Shown one piece after another: positions 27,971-40,664 of a stretch of 64,000 bases of DNA (position 1 is its first letter; each line of letters starts with the position of its first letter). The DNA comes from an uncultured virus (IMG/VR IMGVR_UViG_3300046832_003565). Lineage: Duplodnaviria > Heunggongvirae > Uroviricota > Caudoviricetes. Under the pieces are notes generated by a model. The model ran no database searches and was not told the origin of the DNA. It was given only the letters and a program-made list of their open reading frames with translations. The stretch lies in IMG/VR virus record IMGVR_UViG_3300046832_003565; one strand, given 5' to 3'. A program made the translations under genes and the position numbers.

Positions 27971-28896
27971 TGGCAAAATTTATAAAGATAGGTCCTGAAA
28001 ATCCTGACGACCATGATGTAGAGGCAGCAAAAAAGAAGAAAAAAAATCATGGTGGATTAGATGATTGGTTTAAAAAAGAAAAATGGGTAAGAGTTGATGC
28101 TCCCAAAAAGAAAGGTAAATTTCAGCCTTGTGGTCGTGGAGATACATCAAAAGGCAAGAAACCTGTTTGTGTTCCAGTAAATAAAGCCAAAAATCTTACA
28201 GAAAAAGAGAGAAAAAATAGAGTGAGACAAAAAAGACAAAAAGAAAAAGAACCTAATCCTGATAAGAAGCCTAACAATACCACTTATTCTCCTGGAGCTG
28301 GTGGAAAATCTAATGTTTCTGAAACACAAAATATTAGATTTGTTGGCAGTATGATTCCTTTATCAGATTTGAGACCAAAGCAATCTAAGTTTATGAAAAT
28401 ATCTGGAGTTGATAACGAAGGTGGCATTGGAAGTGATAATTTTGATAACCCATTAGAAGAAATGGGATATAACAAAAGAAATCCTGGAGAAGAGTATCCC
28501 CCAGAAGAATTAGAAGAATATAAGCCACATTTTATCAACTTATATTTTCAAATGTACAAAAATATGATTCAACAAATACTTAATCCAATGTATGAAGATT
28601 CAAAATACACAAGTATTCATGATTTCAGACCTGCACTGAATCGAAAAGAACCTGAAGCAGTTAAATTATTTATGGATGCCAATAGATATTTAGCAGGAAC
28701 AAGTAAATCAAGAGGTGGCAGCATAGTTGGTCAGATAATTGTTTATAAAATGGCTGCACAGGCAGAAGTATTCCTTGATAATGATATTGACATATTCAAT
28801 TTTCAGGATAAACAAGGTCCAGATATAACAAAAGCTTGGCATTTAGCAAGTACAGGAGCTTTTGCTGATGAAAATATTAAAGAAGAAAATGATTAG
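27970..28896 (+). CDS. Putative virion-internal protein with basic Cys-containing domain
   Basis: Start at MAKFIKIG; 'GGLDDWFKKEKWV...PCGR...KPVCVP..KA'. Confidence 0.65.
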   Translation: MAKFIKIGPENPDDHDVEAAKKKKKNHGGLDDWFKKEKWVRVDAPKKKGKFQPCGRGDTSKGKKPVCVPVNKAKNLTEKERKNRVRQKRQKEKEPNPDKKPNNTTYSPGAGGKSNVSETQNIRFVGSMIPLSDLRPKQSKFMKISGVDNEGGIGSDNFDNPLEEMGYNKRNPGEEYPPEELEEYKPHFINLYFQMYKNMIQQILNPMYEDSKYTSIHDFRPALNRKEPEAVKLFMDANRYLAGTSKSRGGSIVGQIIVYKMAAQAEVFLDNDIDIFNFQDKQGPDITKAWHLASTGAFADENIKEEND

Positions 28897-29324
28897 TATT
28901 TAGAAATATTTATTTTCTTCCCTAGCAATAAATCCCAAATCAGTCTTAATCTTCCTTTTAGGTTAAGGCTGATTTCTTTTTCTAAAAATTCTTCTTTGAC
29001 TTCATCTGTAAGAACATCAAATACATTTTCATTAGCTGGAAAATATTCATTATTTAAGGAATCAGTGATAAATTCAAAATATTTTTGGGATTTTTTGTTT
29101 GATGGAATAAAACAATTCGAAAATTGATCTATTGTGAATGTAAGTAAAACATCTTCTTTTTCATCATATGCAATCCAAGTGTTCTCTGGTACTTCTAAAA
29201 ACACATCTGTATTGGGAATTTTTACCATTTCTGATTGAAAACAAAATCTTGCATCTAAATCACTTGGCAATTTAGGGTTAGCGATATTTTGAAATTGTAA
29301 AAAATAAGTATTTAGATCTTGCAT
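28893..29324 (-). CDS. Hypothetical protein
   Basis: Start moved to MQDLNT, directly after the sigma gene stop. Confidence 0.6.
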   Translation of the reverse strand: MQDLNTYFLQFQNIANPKLPSDLDARFCFQSEMVKIPNTDVFLEVPENTWIAYDEKEDVLLTFTIDQFSNCFIPSNKKSQKYFEFITDSLNNEYFPANENVFDVLTDEVKEEFLEKEISLNLKGRLRLIWDLLLGKKINISKY

Positions 29325-29325
29325 T

Positions 29326-29892
29326 TTATTCTGACTCAGAAGCAAATATTTGCTTAATTTTCTTAATGCCTTTTGAAGCTGCAAAATTAGCAGCTTGTCT
29401 AGAAACATTATACATGATTGCCACTTCATCAAATGTGTATCCTTCTAAATGAATTTTAGTTATGATGTCCTTTTGTCTATCTGTGAGCACTGAAAAATAT
29501 TCAGAAATGTTGATCTTATCGTCAACATTATCGTAAATAACAGGACCAGTGTCACCTGAATTTTCGTACAAAAACTCATTAGATGTTATTTCAGGTTTTT
29601 TCTTTGTAGGATCAGTCATGACTCTTGATGGAATTTTGATGATACCAGTGTCTGCTCTTAAATAGTGGCTTAGATGAAAATTTATGTAGTTATGTAAATG
29701 AGTAATCATCTTACAGTTTCGACTGGGATCAAATTTTCTAAATGCTAAAATGCAACCAACTCTAGCTTCTTGAAGCAAATCATCCAGAGCATATTTTCCA
29801 TTGTAATTTGAATATGTTTTGTATGCTATTTTACAGATGAGCTTTTCGTATTGTTTAAGAATTTTTTCTTCTTCTCTAGATTGTTTGTTCAT
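29326..29892 (-). CDS. sigma70-family RNA polymerase sigma factor
   Basis: Region 2 'DDLLQEARVG..LA..KFDPSR'; region 4 'LTDRQK.II...LEGYTFDEVA..YNVSRQA'. Confidence 0.88.
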   Translation of the reverse strand: MNKQSREEEKILKQYEKLICKIAYKTYSNYNGKYALDDLLQEARVGCILAFRKFDPSRNCKMITHLHNYINFHLSHYLRADTGIIKIPSRVMTDPTKKKPEITSNEFLYENSGDTGPVIYDNVDDKINISEYFSVLTDRQKDIITKIHLEGYTFDEVAIMYNVSRQAANFAASKGIKKIKQIFASESE

Positions 29893-30484
29893 TTTTCTTC
29901 CTTGCATATGATTTCCAAACTTCTAAATCAAAATCAGCAACATTTTTATTATTATTGTTGCACCAATTCAAAAACATATCTTCCCAAAATCTGTATGTCA
30001 AAGGAATGACAGGTGTAGATTTTGGCGCTCTATCATCAATATTTTCTTTGATAAACTTTAAAATATGTGTATCCAATATTGCAATTTTGTCTTTGTAAAA
30101 TATATCAGAATGCAAAAGGAAAAATCTACTTGTCTTCATTCCAACACCAGGGATTTCTTCTAATATTTTTGGTGTCATTCTATTAAGATTGTAATCTTTT
30201 TGAGTGATAAATTTAAATCCAGAATAGATTTTTTTATATTGACCAAGTTTAGCTTTTTTAATTTCTTCAAACAATATGCCATGTTGATCTGCACTTATTA
30301 GACTTTGGAATGGATCAACATGTTCTGGTAACATCAATCTTTCATTTACAGAAAGAAGAAATTCTTCTAATTTCTGTGCTTGAATATAAGCTGTTTTTCC
30401 AGCTACGACAATACAAAAAAGGAGGAATTTTTGCAATTCCCCCTCTGTGCGATTGTAATTAGTAATGTTATAAGGATCAATCAT
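29876..30484 (-). CDS. Helix-hairpin-helix DNA glycosylase-like protein
   Basis: 'LEEIPGVGMKTSRFFL', 'AILDTHILKF', 'DFDLEVW'. Confidence 0.75.
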   Translation of the reverse strand: MIDPYNITNYNRTEGELQKFLLFCIVVAGKTAYIQAQKLEEFLLSVNERLMLPEHVDPFQSLISADQHGILFEEIKKAKLGQYKKIYSGFKFITQKDYNLNRMTPKILEEIPGVGMKTSRFFLLHSDIFYKDKIAILDTHILKFIKENIDDRAPKSTPVIPLTYRFWEDMFLNWCNNNNKNVADFDLEVWKSYARKKNEQTI

Positions 30485-31124
30485 CGTCTTCATCTCTGCT
30501 ACATTCAATTATATCATTGATATCGAAAAAGTCCATCAAAGTGACTTCTTTTTCCCATTCAACAATTTCTTTTTTCGCAGAAATATATTCAGACTCATAA
30601 TCTGGCTCAGGCTGTGGCTTTTGAATTTCATCGGCAAGATCAGAAACTTCGCTCCAAGACAATTTGTTTAAATATACTAAAATTTCATCATTGTCTATTA
30701 GAAATGAATCTTCGTAGTTGATAATAAAATCTTCATCATCCGAATGTTCACAACTATGCTTGTATGCTAAAAGATCCAAAAATTTAATTTGCCAGATGCT
30801 ACCATCATTAAAAGTAATATTGACATCTTTGCACAATGGCTTGTTTTTGTTTTGTTGAAAGTTAACAAAATCTTCAAACCAATTTCCCAAAATGTCAATA
30901 TATTCTTTGCTTTTTAATTCACTCAAGATGTATTCAATAATTAAAATTTTTGAAACATCAAATAAAATATCATAATCCTCATTGTGATGATAATTCGAAC
31001 TATTTGATAAATATTGATGTGTCATAGATGCAACTAAAGATTCAAATGATAATTCAAAACTATTGTTGCCTATTTTAACGTTAGCATATTCAGGAACATC
31101 TGATACATTTTCAGTTGTTGTCAT
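30477..31124 (-). CDS. Hypothetical acidic protein
   Basis: Start moved to MTTTENV; part of a minus-strand operon. Confidence 0.65.
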   Translation of the reverse strand: MTTTENVSDVPEYANVKIGNNSFELSFESLVASMTHQYLSNSSNYHHNEDYDILFDVSKILIIEYILSELKSKEYIDILGNWFEDFVNFQQNKNKPLCKDVNITFNDGSIWQIKFLDLLAYKHSCEHSDDEDFIINYEDSFLIDNDEILVYLNKLSWSEVSDLADEIQKPQPEPDYESEYISAKKEIVEWEKEVTLMDFFDINDIIECSRDEDDD

Positions 31125-31131
31125 TAAAAAC

Positions 31132-31479
31132 CTATTCGCTTGAATCCTTAAGAATTGGTGACTTGCCTTCCAAAACATTTTGAATTTTGAGATAATCTAA
31201 TAAATAAATTTCATGTTCTGGTTCTGCGCCTTCACCATCTACAAATTTCACTTTACCAACCCTAAGACCGATATCTTGCATAAATCTCTTAGGAGTGTGC
31301 CAGACAGTATCATCCTTCTTGACCATAATATCTGGTGAAAAATCTGCATTTGTATCTGCAAAGAATGATGTCCACATGCTCATTTTAGAATCTCTCATGT
31401 AAAGCCATACAGCTAAAAATTCCTCAATCGCTACAGCTTGCGCTTCAGTCAAATTTGCAATCTTAATATCTAATTTCAT
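31132..31479 (-). CDS. Hypothetical protein
   Basis: GGAGG SD; 115 aa. Confidence 0.7.
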   Translation of the reverse strand: MKLDIKIANLTEAQAVAIEEFLAVWLYMRDSKMSMWTSFFADTNADFSPDIMVKKDDTVWHTPKRFMQDIGLRVGKVKFVDGEGAEPEHEIYLLDYLKIQNVLEGKSPILKDSSE

Positions 31480-31505
31480 ATAGTTACCTCCATTTTTTTA
31501 TACAA

Positions 31506-32687
31506 TTAGTTTTCAAACAATCTTCCTGGATCACCAAAAGATATTCTATCTGGTAGATCATAAGATTCAACTAAATCAAAATCTTGCTGAAAATCTAAAT
31601 CAAACAATTGTAAATTAATATCTTCTTGTTTGACAGTACGGGTGAACCTGATGCCAACAATCAATGGGATTTCTTTCAGATTTAGTGTTGGCATACTGTC
31701 CCAAAGTTTTTTTGCAATTATTGTCCAATATTTATAATCTAAAGATGCAATTGCTATTGGAGAAACTTTTTTAAATGTTCCTCTTCTTTTAGTTTCAGTG
31801 TTTCTCCAAGATAAATAAATTGATATTCTTTTAGCCCCTATACGATTTTTATTTAATCTTTCAAGTCCTTTGAACAATAAAGATTCAAACACTTCGTATG
31901 AGCCAAAATCATCCCTTTTTTCAGGTGGCAATACATGTGTATGACCAAAAGATTTAGGTATTTCATTGTTTGATAAACCATAATCGCATTGTAATGAACC
32001 ACGAATCATGTGCCACCATCGAGCGCCAATGATACTACCCCAAGCTTTTTTCAATTTCAATTCATTTAAAGAAAATAAATCTTCAATAGTACGAATTTTA
32101 GATATATTTAATCTAGATTCCATTCTTTCAGCAATACCAGGCAAATCTGTAAGTGAGAGTGTTTTTAGTTTGTCTTCAGTGTCAATGCCAAATGCTGTAA
32201 ATCCATTGGGTTTATTCAAATCAGCTGCTACTTTTGATAAAAAAACGTTACTAGCAACACCAATAGAACAACCTATATGGTCTCCGATAGCATCCATTAG
32301 ATCTATTTTTAGATGAGCAGCAATCATTTCACATTCAAAGTCATCATCTTCATCAATTTCGCATGCCATTTCATCAATGGACAGTATTTGAATGTTTTTG
32401 AAATGTTTATATAAAACTTCAATTATTTTATTGTGTATTTCAACATATCTTTTAGGTCTTGCTTCAGTGACAATTAAATTGGGAATGCGAGATTTTGCAT
32501 CTTTGACTCTTGTTCCAGTTTTTACTTTTAAATGTTTAGCTTCGTAAGATGCTGCAATAGCGCAAGTGTAATCGGAAATACAAGGCACAACAATAACAGG
32601 TTTGCCCCTGTATTCAACATTGTCTTGTTGTTCTACAGAGGCATAAAAAGAATCAAAATCTATAAATAATCGCCTGTATTGTGACAT
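31506..32687 (-). CDS. dinB: Y-family DNA polymerase (DinB/Pol IV-like)
   Basis: 'IDFDSFYASVEQ', 'IAASYEAK', 'SIDE', 'SIGVASN.FLSKVAAD..KPNG'. Confidence 0.92.
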   Translation of the reverse strand: MSQYRRLFIDFDSFYASVEQQDNVEYRGKPVIVVPCISDYTCAIAASYEAKHLKVKTGTRVKDAKSRIPNLIVTEARPKRYVEIHNKIIEVLYKHFKNIQILSIDEMACEIDEDDDFECEMIAAHLKIDLMDAIGDHIGCSIGVASNVFLSKVAADLNKPNGFTAFGIDTEDKLKTLSLTDLPGIAERMESRLNISKIRTIEDLFSLNELKLKKAWGSIIGARWWHMIRGSLQCDYGLSNNEIPKSFGHTHVLPPEKRDDFGSYEVFESLLFKGLERLNKNRIGAKRISIYLSWRNTETKRRGTFKKVSPIAIASLDYKYWTIIAKKLWDSMPTLNLKEIPLIVGIRFTRTVKQEDINLQLFDLDFQQDFDLVESYDLPDRISFGDPGRLFEN

Positions 32688-32699
32688 ACTTATATTATA

Positions 32700-33068
32700 T
32701 CAAATTTCTTCACCATCATCCATAAATTTTACTGCTAAACCTTTTTCAATCAATTCTCTATTTAAATTGATCCATTGTTCCCCATCATGATAAAAAATTC
32801 TACCAAGCCATCTACCGAATTTTTCTTTTGAATCTTTTGATGTAATAATAATTATTTCTTTATCTTGTAATACTTTTTGAACATGAACTGTGGTTTGAGT
32901 TCCAGCTGTTTTTGTATCACCATGAGTTTCAGGAGCATTGATACCAAAAAACCTAAATGTTTGATTTTTTAGGACAATACCAAAGCCCAAATCAATATCT
33001 ACTTTGATTGTGTCGCCATCATGAATGTCCACTACTTTTGCACTGTAATGGTATTTTGTATTTTCCAT
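32700..33068 (-). CDS. Thermonuclease (SNase) family protein
   Basis: 'DGDTIKVDIDLGF', 'RFFGINAPE', 'KFGRWLG'; AAGGAG SD. Confidence 0.9.
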   Translation of the reverse strand: MENTKYHYSAKVVDIHDGDTIKVDIDLGFGIVLKNQTFRFFGINAPETHGDTKTAGTQTTVHVQKVLQDKEIIIITSKDSKEKFGRWLGRIFYHDGEQWINLNRELIEKGLAVKFMDDGEEI

Positions 33069-33085
33069 AAAAATCTCCTTAAACA

Positions 33086-33113
33086 AAATCAAGCCTATTT
33101 CTAGGCTTGATTT
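33086..33113 (-). terminator. Intrinsic terminator
   Basis: AAATCAAGCCT-atttct-AGGCTTGATTT. Confidence 0.75.
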
Positions 33114-33251
33114 CTAATCTAAATATCCTACTAAAACAGCTTCGGCAATCTCAATGTTTTTCTTTAGTTTCTTTACTGCTAAATATGCTAAAATTATAGA
33201 TGCTGCTGTCACAACACTGCCTATGATAATAATTTTATTTGTCTTAGACAT
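33114..33251 (-). CDS. 45-aa single-pass membrane protein (absent from ORF track)
   Basis: MSKTNKIIIIGSVVTAASIILAYLAVKKLKKNIEIAEAVLVGYLD*, strong AGGAGG SD. Confidence 0.7.
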   Translation of the reverse strand: MSKTNKIIIIGSVVTAASIILAYLAVKKLKKNIEIAEAVLVGYLD

Positions 33252-33287
33252 GCATGGGCTTCTCCTCCTGCGCCCATTTATTTTATA

Positions 33288-36100
<2,813 letters not shown>

Positions 36101-36103
36101 ATC

Positions 36104-36805
36104 GTGAACCCACTTTTGATATATATTTGTAGGAGTTACGATGATTACAAAGCATATTCTTTGCAATCAATCCCCTTCGATAAATATTTTATCACATGTG
36201 GATTTGAAGTCAACAGTTACGATGAACGTGACAATTATTCTTTTTTGAATATAAATTTAGAAAAAGATGTTGATTATATAATTATACTCAGGATGGTATT
36301 ATTATTTTCAAATCCATATTATGATGTCATTTTGTTCGATAAAAATAATACATATGATTTTGATTCTTGTAAAAATATTTTAGAATCATTAGATAATATT
36401 TATCAAAAAAATGATCTTTTAGTTGTTACAAGAGAGCATGTAGCAATTAAGGGTTTTGATTTTTCTATTCAAAAAGAAGTAGAAACAAATCCATTAGATT
36501 TTGCTGAACAAATTAATTTAGCATTAAGTGGAGAACCAGTGGAAGATTTGTATTTTGTAAAGGCTCTGAAGGAAATTTTACCAGAATGCAATTACAAGTT
36601 TTCCCAAAATGCAAATAATCTTTCTAATGATATTTCAGGACTAATAAAAAGTATAACAAAACCATCTGCAAATGAAATATCTGTTTATAATAATGAATCA
36701 CCAGAAAAAAATAAAGGATACATCTTATTCACAAATGAAGAAATGTCCAATTATTCTTTCCTGGTGAGAAGATTAGATGGTTTAAAAATGTATCTCTACA
36801 TGTAA
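36104..36805 (+). CDS. Hypothetical protein
   Basis: 233-aa GTG-start ORF, TATAAG 6 nt upstream. Confidence 0.6.
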   Translation: MNPLLIYICRSYDDYKAYSLQSIPFDKYFITCGFEVNSYDERDNYSFLNINLEKDVDYIIILRMVLLFSNPYYDVILFDKNNTYDFDSCKNILESLDNIYQKNDLLVVTREHVAIKGFDFSIQKEVETNPLDFAEQINLALSGEPVEDLYFVKALKEILPECNYKFSQNANNLSNDISGLIKSITKPSANEISVYNNESPEKNKGYILFTNEEMSNYSFLVRRLDGLKMYLYM

Positions 36806-38221
36806 TTATTCAGGTTCAGCAGATCCTTCAAATAATAAACCTTTAGTAGCTGGGTATTTTTCATACCATAAATGCAATACTTCTCTACAATGTTCAGCAT
36901 ATTTGTAATGAGAACCAACTCCAGTACGAAGTTCCATTTCGTATAAGAATTTATCAGCTGTTGTTGAATGTTCAAAATAATATTGATGACCAAGATTAGT
37001 GAAATAAATATATTCTTTCAATCCAGACTTTAATTGTTCTCTCGCATTTTCAGCAGTGTCTTTCATATTGTATGCTGAAACCTTGATAGCAGTGGTGTAA
37101 TCATTTTCTTGTTCAGGAAGCTGATCTAGGGCTGAATAAAATCCTAATGGAACCAGTGGGCAATATTTATTTCCAGTACGGTGGCGATTTAAGTCTCTGA
37201 TTTCACCAAAAGAAATACCAGCCCAACTGAACTTAACATTAGTTCTGCAGATAATATTTCCAAAAGGTGAATACCTATTTACACGATGCTCACATGCAGA
37301 TCTAACAAGTTCATGGTCGTAATATAGATCATCAACATTAAGGAAATTTTGCACCTTTATTTCAGATGTATTTTTATCAGACTCAAAATCAGCATTGGAA
37401 TATGCTACAGATTGCAATAAGCTAAGTTCATTTGAAATATAATTTCTCAAAGAGTCAGTAGCCTTTGCATGTTTTATTAATCTAGGTGCGCCAAGAGCAA
37501 GTTTTTCTGTAATTTTTGCACCAATAGTTTTTAATTCTTTTAAGTAATGAGAATTTAAATGTGAACAAATGGATGCCCATGCTCGTGCAGATTGAATCAT
37601 CATTACACCAGTGGATGCAGAAACAGGAAGATAAATTCTAGTACGATCGAATGCAAAATTTCTTTTCATTCGTGCCACTTGTTTTTTATCTTTTTCTAAA
37701 TCTGAATCTAATAATGATTTGGGGATTTTTGTAAGTTCTGGATTTTCATCTGCAATCTTAGACCAGGATTCTAAACAAGTTCTATATGTTTCAAATGATA
37801 TCTTGTTGTAATGATCAAAATAGGCTCTTTCATTATGGGGAATACCCAAATCTTCAGCGGAAACTAGTCCTGATTCATCTAATTTGATATACCTAGTAGA
37901 ACATTCTTGACCACCTGCAGTGGGTGACAATGTCCAAAGATAATATGCAGCAAAAAGAGAAATATCATCAATAAAAAAAGAAATGGGTGTCATGTCTGCA
38001 ATTGATGCATGACCATAGTCAACCATCTTGAAAATTGAATCAACAGATTTATCTAAATTACTGGGATCGATTTTTTGAACTATGGCATCTAAACCCTCAT
38101 TATTACGAGAATATCGTGCACCAATAGCAGCTAAAAGCTCAGGGGTGAACTCATAGCATCCAGCATCTTTTGCTTGTTGAGTAGGAATTATAGAAACGTA
38201 TTGTACATTCATAGACATCAA
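36806..38221 (-). CDS. thyX: Flavin-dependent thymidylate synthase, long (duplicated-domain) type
   Basis: 'ARYSR', 'YGHASIAD', 'QECSTRY', 'FDRTR.YLP', 'RDLNRHR', 'ELRT..G.H..Y'. Confidence 0.82.
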   Translation of the reverse strand: MMSMNVQYVSIIPTQQAKDAGCYEFTPELLAAIGARYSRNNEGLDAIVQKIDPSNLDKSVDSIFKMVDYGHASIADMTPISFFIDDISLFAAYYLWTLSPTAGGQECSTRYIKLDESGLVSAEDLGIPHNERAYFDHYNKISFETYRTCLESWSKIADENPELTKIPKSLLDSDLEKDKKQVARMKRNFAFDRTRIYLPVSASTGVMMIQSARAWASICSHLNSHYLKELKTIGAKITEKLALGAPRLIKHAKATDSLRNYISNELSLLQSVAYSNADFESDKNTSEIKVQNFLNVDDLYYDHELVRSACEHRVNRYSPFGNIICRTNVKFSWAGISFGEIRDLNRHRTGNKYCPLVPLGFYSALDQLPEQENDYTTAIKVSAYNMKDTAENAREQLKSGLKEYIYFTNLGHQYYFEHSTTADKFLYEMELRTGVGSHYKYAEHCREVLHLWYEKYPATKGLLFEGSAEPE

Positions 38222-38223
38222 AA

Positions 38224-38274
38224 CACTACTAGCAGAGCGCCTTTTCCCTTATATACAAGACGTTACCAGTAGTG
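38224..38274 (-). promoter_or_regulatory. Long 5'-leader hairpin of thyX
   Basis: CACTACTGGTA/TGCTAGTAGTG plus CGTCTT/AAGGCG stems, directly after TTGATT-N16-TAAAAT. Confidence 0.55.
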
Positions 38275-38376
38275 CTACAAGTATTTTACACTGAAACGAC
38301 GAAAAATCAAGCAGATAAGGAAAAAAATACTTTTCATCGAATAATTAATAATAAGTGCAAAATCTAGAGGTGCATA

Positions 38377-39387
38377 ATGGCAGTTGTCTTTTCAAATTAT
38401 AGTGCAGTAATATCACAAACTGTAAGTTCAGGGTATGTAAAAAATGCCACTGACTTATATTTCAACATACCTTGGTATCCAGCAAGTTTAATTGACAGAG
38501 TGAGAATTTGGAACACTTCATCAGTTTCTACAACTTTTACAGAAATGATTATCCTAAACAATGGAGCTCACTTCAGATCAGGATCTCCTACTGCAAAAGA
38601 TCTTACATTTTATCAGGATACAACTACAGTCACACCTTTCGCAGGAAACAATTACACTGCAATTTATTCTATTAATCCAGCGGTTTTTACTGAAGACTTA
38701 TATTCAAGACCTTACATAACAATCAAGATCAAGTTATCTTCTGGATCTGAAGGTGTTTTTTATTGTAATGTTCAAGGCAGAAAAGCCTATGGAACATCAT
38801 ATAAAAATGTAGATAATACTCATGTTAGTTCAATCAAAGACTTTAGAGTGTTGATGGGCAAATCTCAAACTGGTGTTGGATATACCGCTGGAAGCATTAT
38901 TGATTTTTCTAATGTGCAAGCTGGTGTTGCTAATTCTGCTGAGTTTGCATTTACATCTAATACAGATAAGTTGTATGTTGGAAGCAAGAAAAAAATAGAC
39001 CACTGGGAAATTCTACTTAATCAACCTATTTCTGCAAGTGTTGGATTAACTGCAGAATTATGGAATGGGACAGCATGGACTGTATTTACTGCACTGGATA
39101 ACACATCTGCAGGAAGTGCTTTTGTAGATACCATGAAATATTCTGGGATAATTGAAGGTGTTGGTTTAGCGACATCCCAATGGGTTCCTGTTAAGTTTGA
39201 TTTTGATGCTAACTTCAGACTTCCAAAAGATCCACTCACAGAGCTTCAAAAGAAAGTGATGAATGGAACTACTACTCCACAATTATTACCTGAAAATTCT
39301 GAGAGATATTGGGTAAGATTTGGAATTGGAGGCACTGTATATGATGCCTATCTTAAGGGCGTTCTTCCAATAGACGAAATCTATTAA
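38377..39387 (+). CDS. Hypothetical (likely structural, beta-rich) protein
   Basis: GAGGTG SD; 'ELWNGTAWT', 'RYWVRF' motifs seen in virion proteins. Confidence 0.6.
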   Translation: MAVVFSNYSAVISQTVSSGYVKNATDLYFNIPWYPASLIDRVRIWNTSSVSTTFTEMIILNNGAHFRSGSPTAKDLTFYQDTTTVTPFAGNNYTAIYSINPAVFTEDLYSRPYITIKIKLSSGSEGVFYCNVQGRKAYGTSYKNVDNTHVSSIKDFRVLMGKSQTGVGYTAGSIIDFSNVQAGVANSAEFAFTSNTDKLYVGSKKKIDHWEILLNQPISASVGLTAELWNGTAWTVFTALDNTSAGSAFVDTMKYSGIIEGVGLATSQWVPVKFDFDANFRLPKDPLTELQKKVMNGTTTPQLLPENSERYWVRFGIGGTVYDAYLKGVLPIDEIY

Positions 39388-39389
39388 AC

Positions 39390-39415
39390 AAAAACCCCTC
39401 GAACGAGGGGTTTTT
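39390..39415. terminator. Bidirectional terminator
   Basis: AAAAACCCCTCG-AA-CGAGGGGTTTTT. Confidence 0.85.
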
Positions 39416-39417
39416 TA

Positions 39418-40137
39418 TTACCATCCTATTGGAAAAATTGATTCGTCACACCAAACTACTTGATGCAGATCTAAATCTGGAAAACCTGTTTCCATGACAT
39501 GATATCTGCAATTTGAAGTTATAAGAGCAAATTCTCCACCTTTTCCACGATCCATTCTGTAAGTAAAAGGTTCAATAGTTTTCAGATGTTCTGAAGTAGC
39601 CCACCAAAACCATCCTGCATATGTTTTTCGGTTGTCAGGTTCTCCTTCTTTTCTTGATTTTTCATCAGGAGCAAAGAAGAAACATCCGCTAGTGTCATGT
39701 TCTTTGAGAATATCTTGATTTTCTTTCCATTTATTAATCATGAAAAGATCCATATATCTAATCCAGTTTTTTTGTGTTGGCAATTCTGGGTAAGAAAATC
39801 CTTTTGTATGAAAAAATAATACATTGAAATTTTCATCTGTATTTTTATATTTTTCTAACATCAAGTTCAAAGTATCAGATTCATGACCAATTGCAGGATT
39901 AAAGATTTTTATAAGTGTAAGTTTTGAAAAACATTGAGCGATCTCATCAAAAAACTTTTCATTTTTATTATTGACACCATGAGCAACCAGATAAAAATTA
40001 TTCATGGTGTCATATAACCCACAATTTTTCAACTTATTTACTTTTTCAGTAATATAAGAATACAATCTCATTTGAGAAACATAAAACTGTTCATTTCCAG
40101 CCCAGCAATGAAACCAAACATCAATAGGTTTATCCAT
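39418..40137 (-). CDS. Glycosyltransferase-like protein ('HTKG' family)
   Basis: 'VLFFHTKG...W..YM...YAGWFWWA'; paralogue of 55485-56180. Confidence 0.55.
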   Translation of the reverse strand: MDKPIDVWFHCWAGNEQFYVSQMRLYSYITEKVNKLKNCGLYDTMNNFYLVAHGVNNKNEKFFDEIAQCFSKLTLIKIFNPAIGHESDTLNLMLEKYKNTDENFNVLFFHTKGFSYPELPTQKNWIRYMDLFMINKWKENQDILKEHDTSGCFFFAPDEKSRKEGEPDNRKTYAGWFWWATSEHLKTIEPFTYRMDRGKGGEFALITSNCRYHVMETGFPDLDLHQVVWCDESIFPIGW

Positions 40138-40664
40138 TAGACTTTTTCCACTTGTCCAAAATCAAGTTCGACAGGAGTATCACGACCAAACAGATTGATC
40201 ATCACACGAATCTTTTCTTTTTCATCATTGACATCATCAATCTTGCCTGTAAAATCAACAAAAGGTCCATCTGCGATACGAACAATCATATCTTTCATGT
40301 ATTTTTTCTTGGGTTTCAAGCTAAAATTAGGATCTAGTGCATTCAAAATAGCTTGAACTTCACTATCTTTCATGATGATGGGTTTTCCAGCTACGGAAAC
40401 AAAGCTAGTGACCCCTGGTGTACGTTTGATAAAGTTAAAAGATTCATCGTCTAAAATCATATTGATAAGAACATACCCTGGAAGAACCTTGGTTTTCTTT
40501 TCAATTTTTTTACCTTGGACACGTTTTACTTCACTGTCCATAGGAATGACTATTTCAAAAATCTTATCGGTCATACTGTGCTTTATAGTAGTCTTTTCAA
40601 TAAGAGTTTTTACTTTTTGTTCAGACTGTGAAAGTGTATGTACCGCATACCACTTTGCTTTCAT
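40137..40664 (-). CDS. nusG: Transcription elongation/antitermination factor NusG
   Basis: 'WYAVHT.S..E.KVK', 'PGYVL..M', 'TPGVT.FV', KOW 'DGPF.DF.G', 'FGRDTPVELDF.QVEK'. Confidence 0.96.
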   Translation of the reverse strand: MKAKWYAVHTLSQSEQKVKTLIEKTTIKHSMTDKIFEIVIPMDSEVKRVQGKKIEKKTKVLPGYVLINMILDDESFNFIKRTPGVTSFVSVAGKPIIMKDSEVQAILNALDPNFSLKPKKKYMKDMIVRIADGPFVDFTGKIDDVNDEKEKIRVMINLFGRDTPVELDFGQVEKV

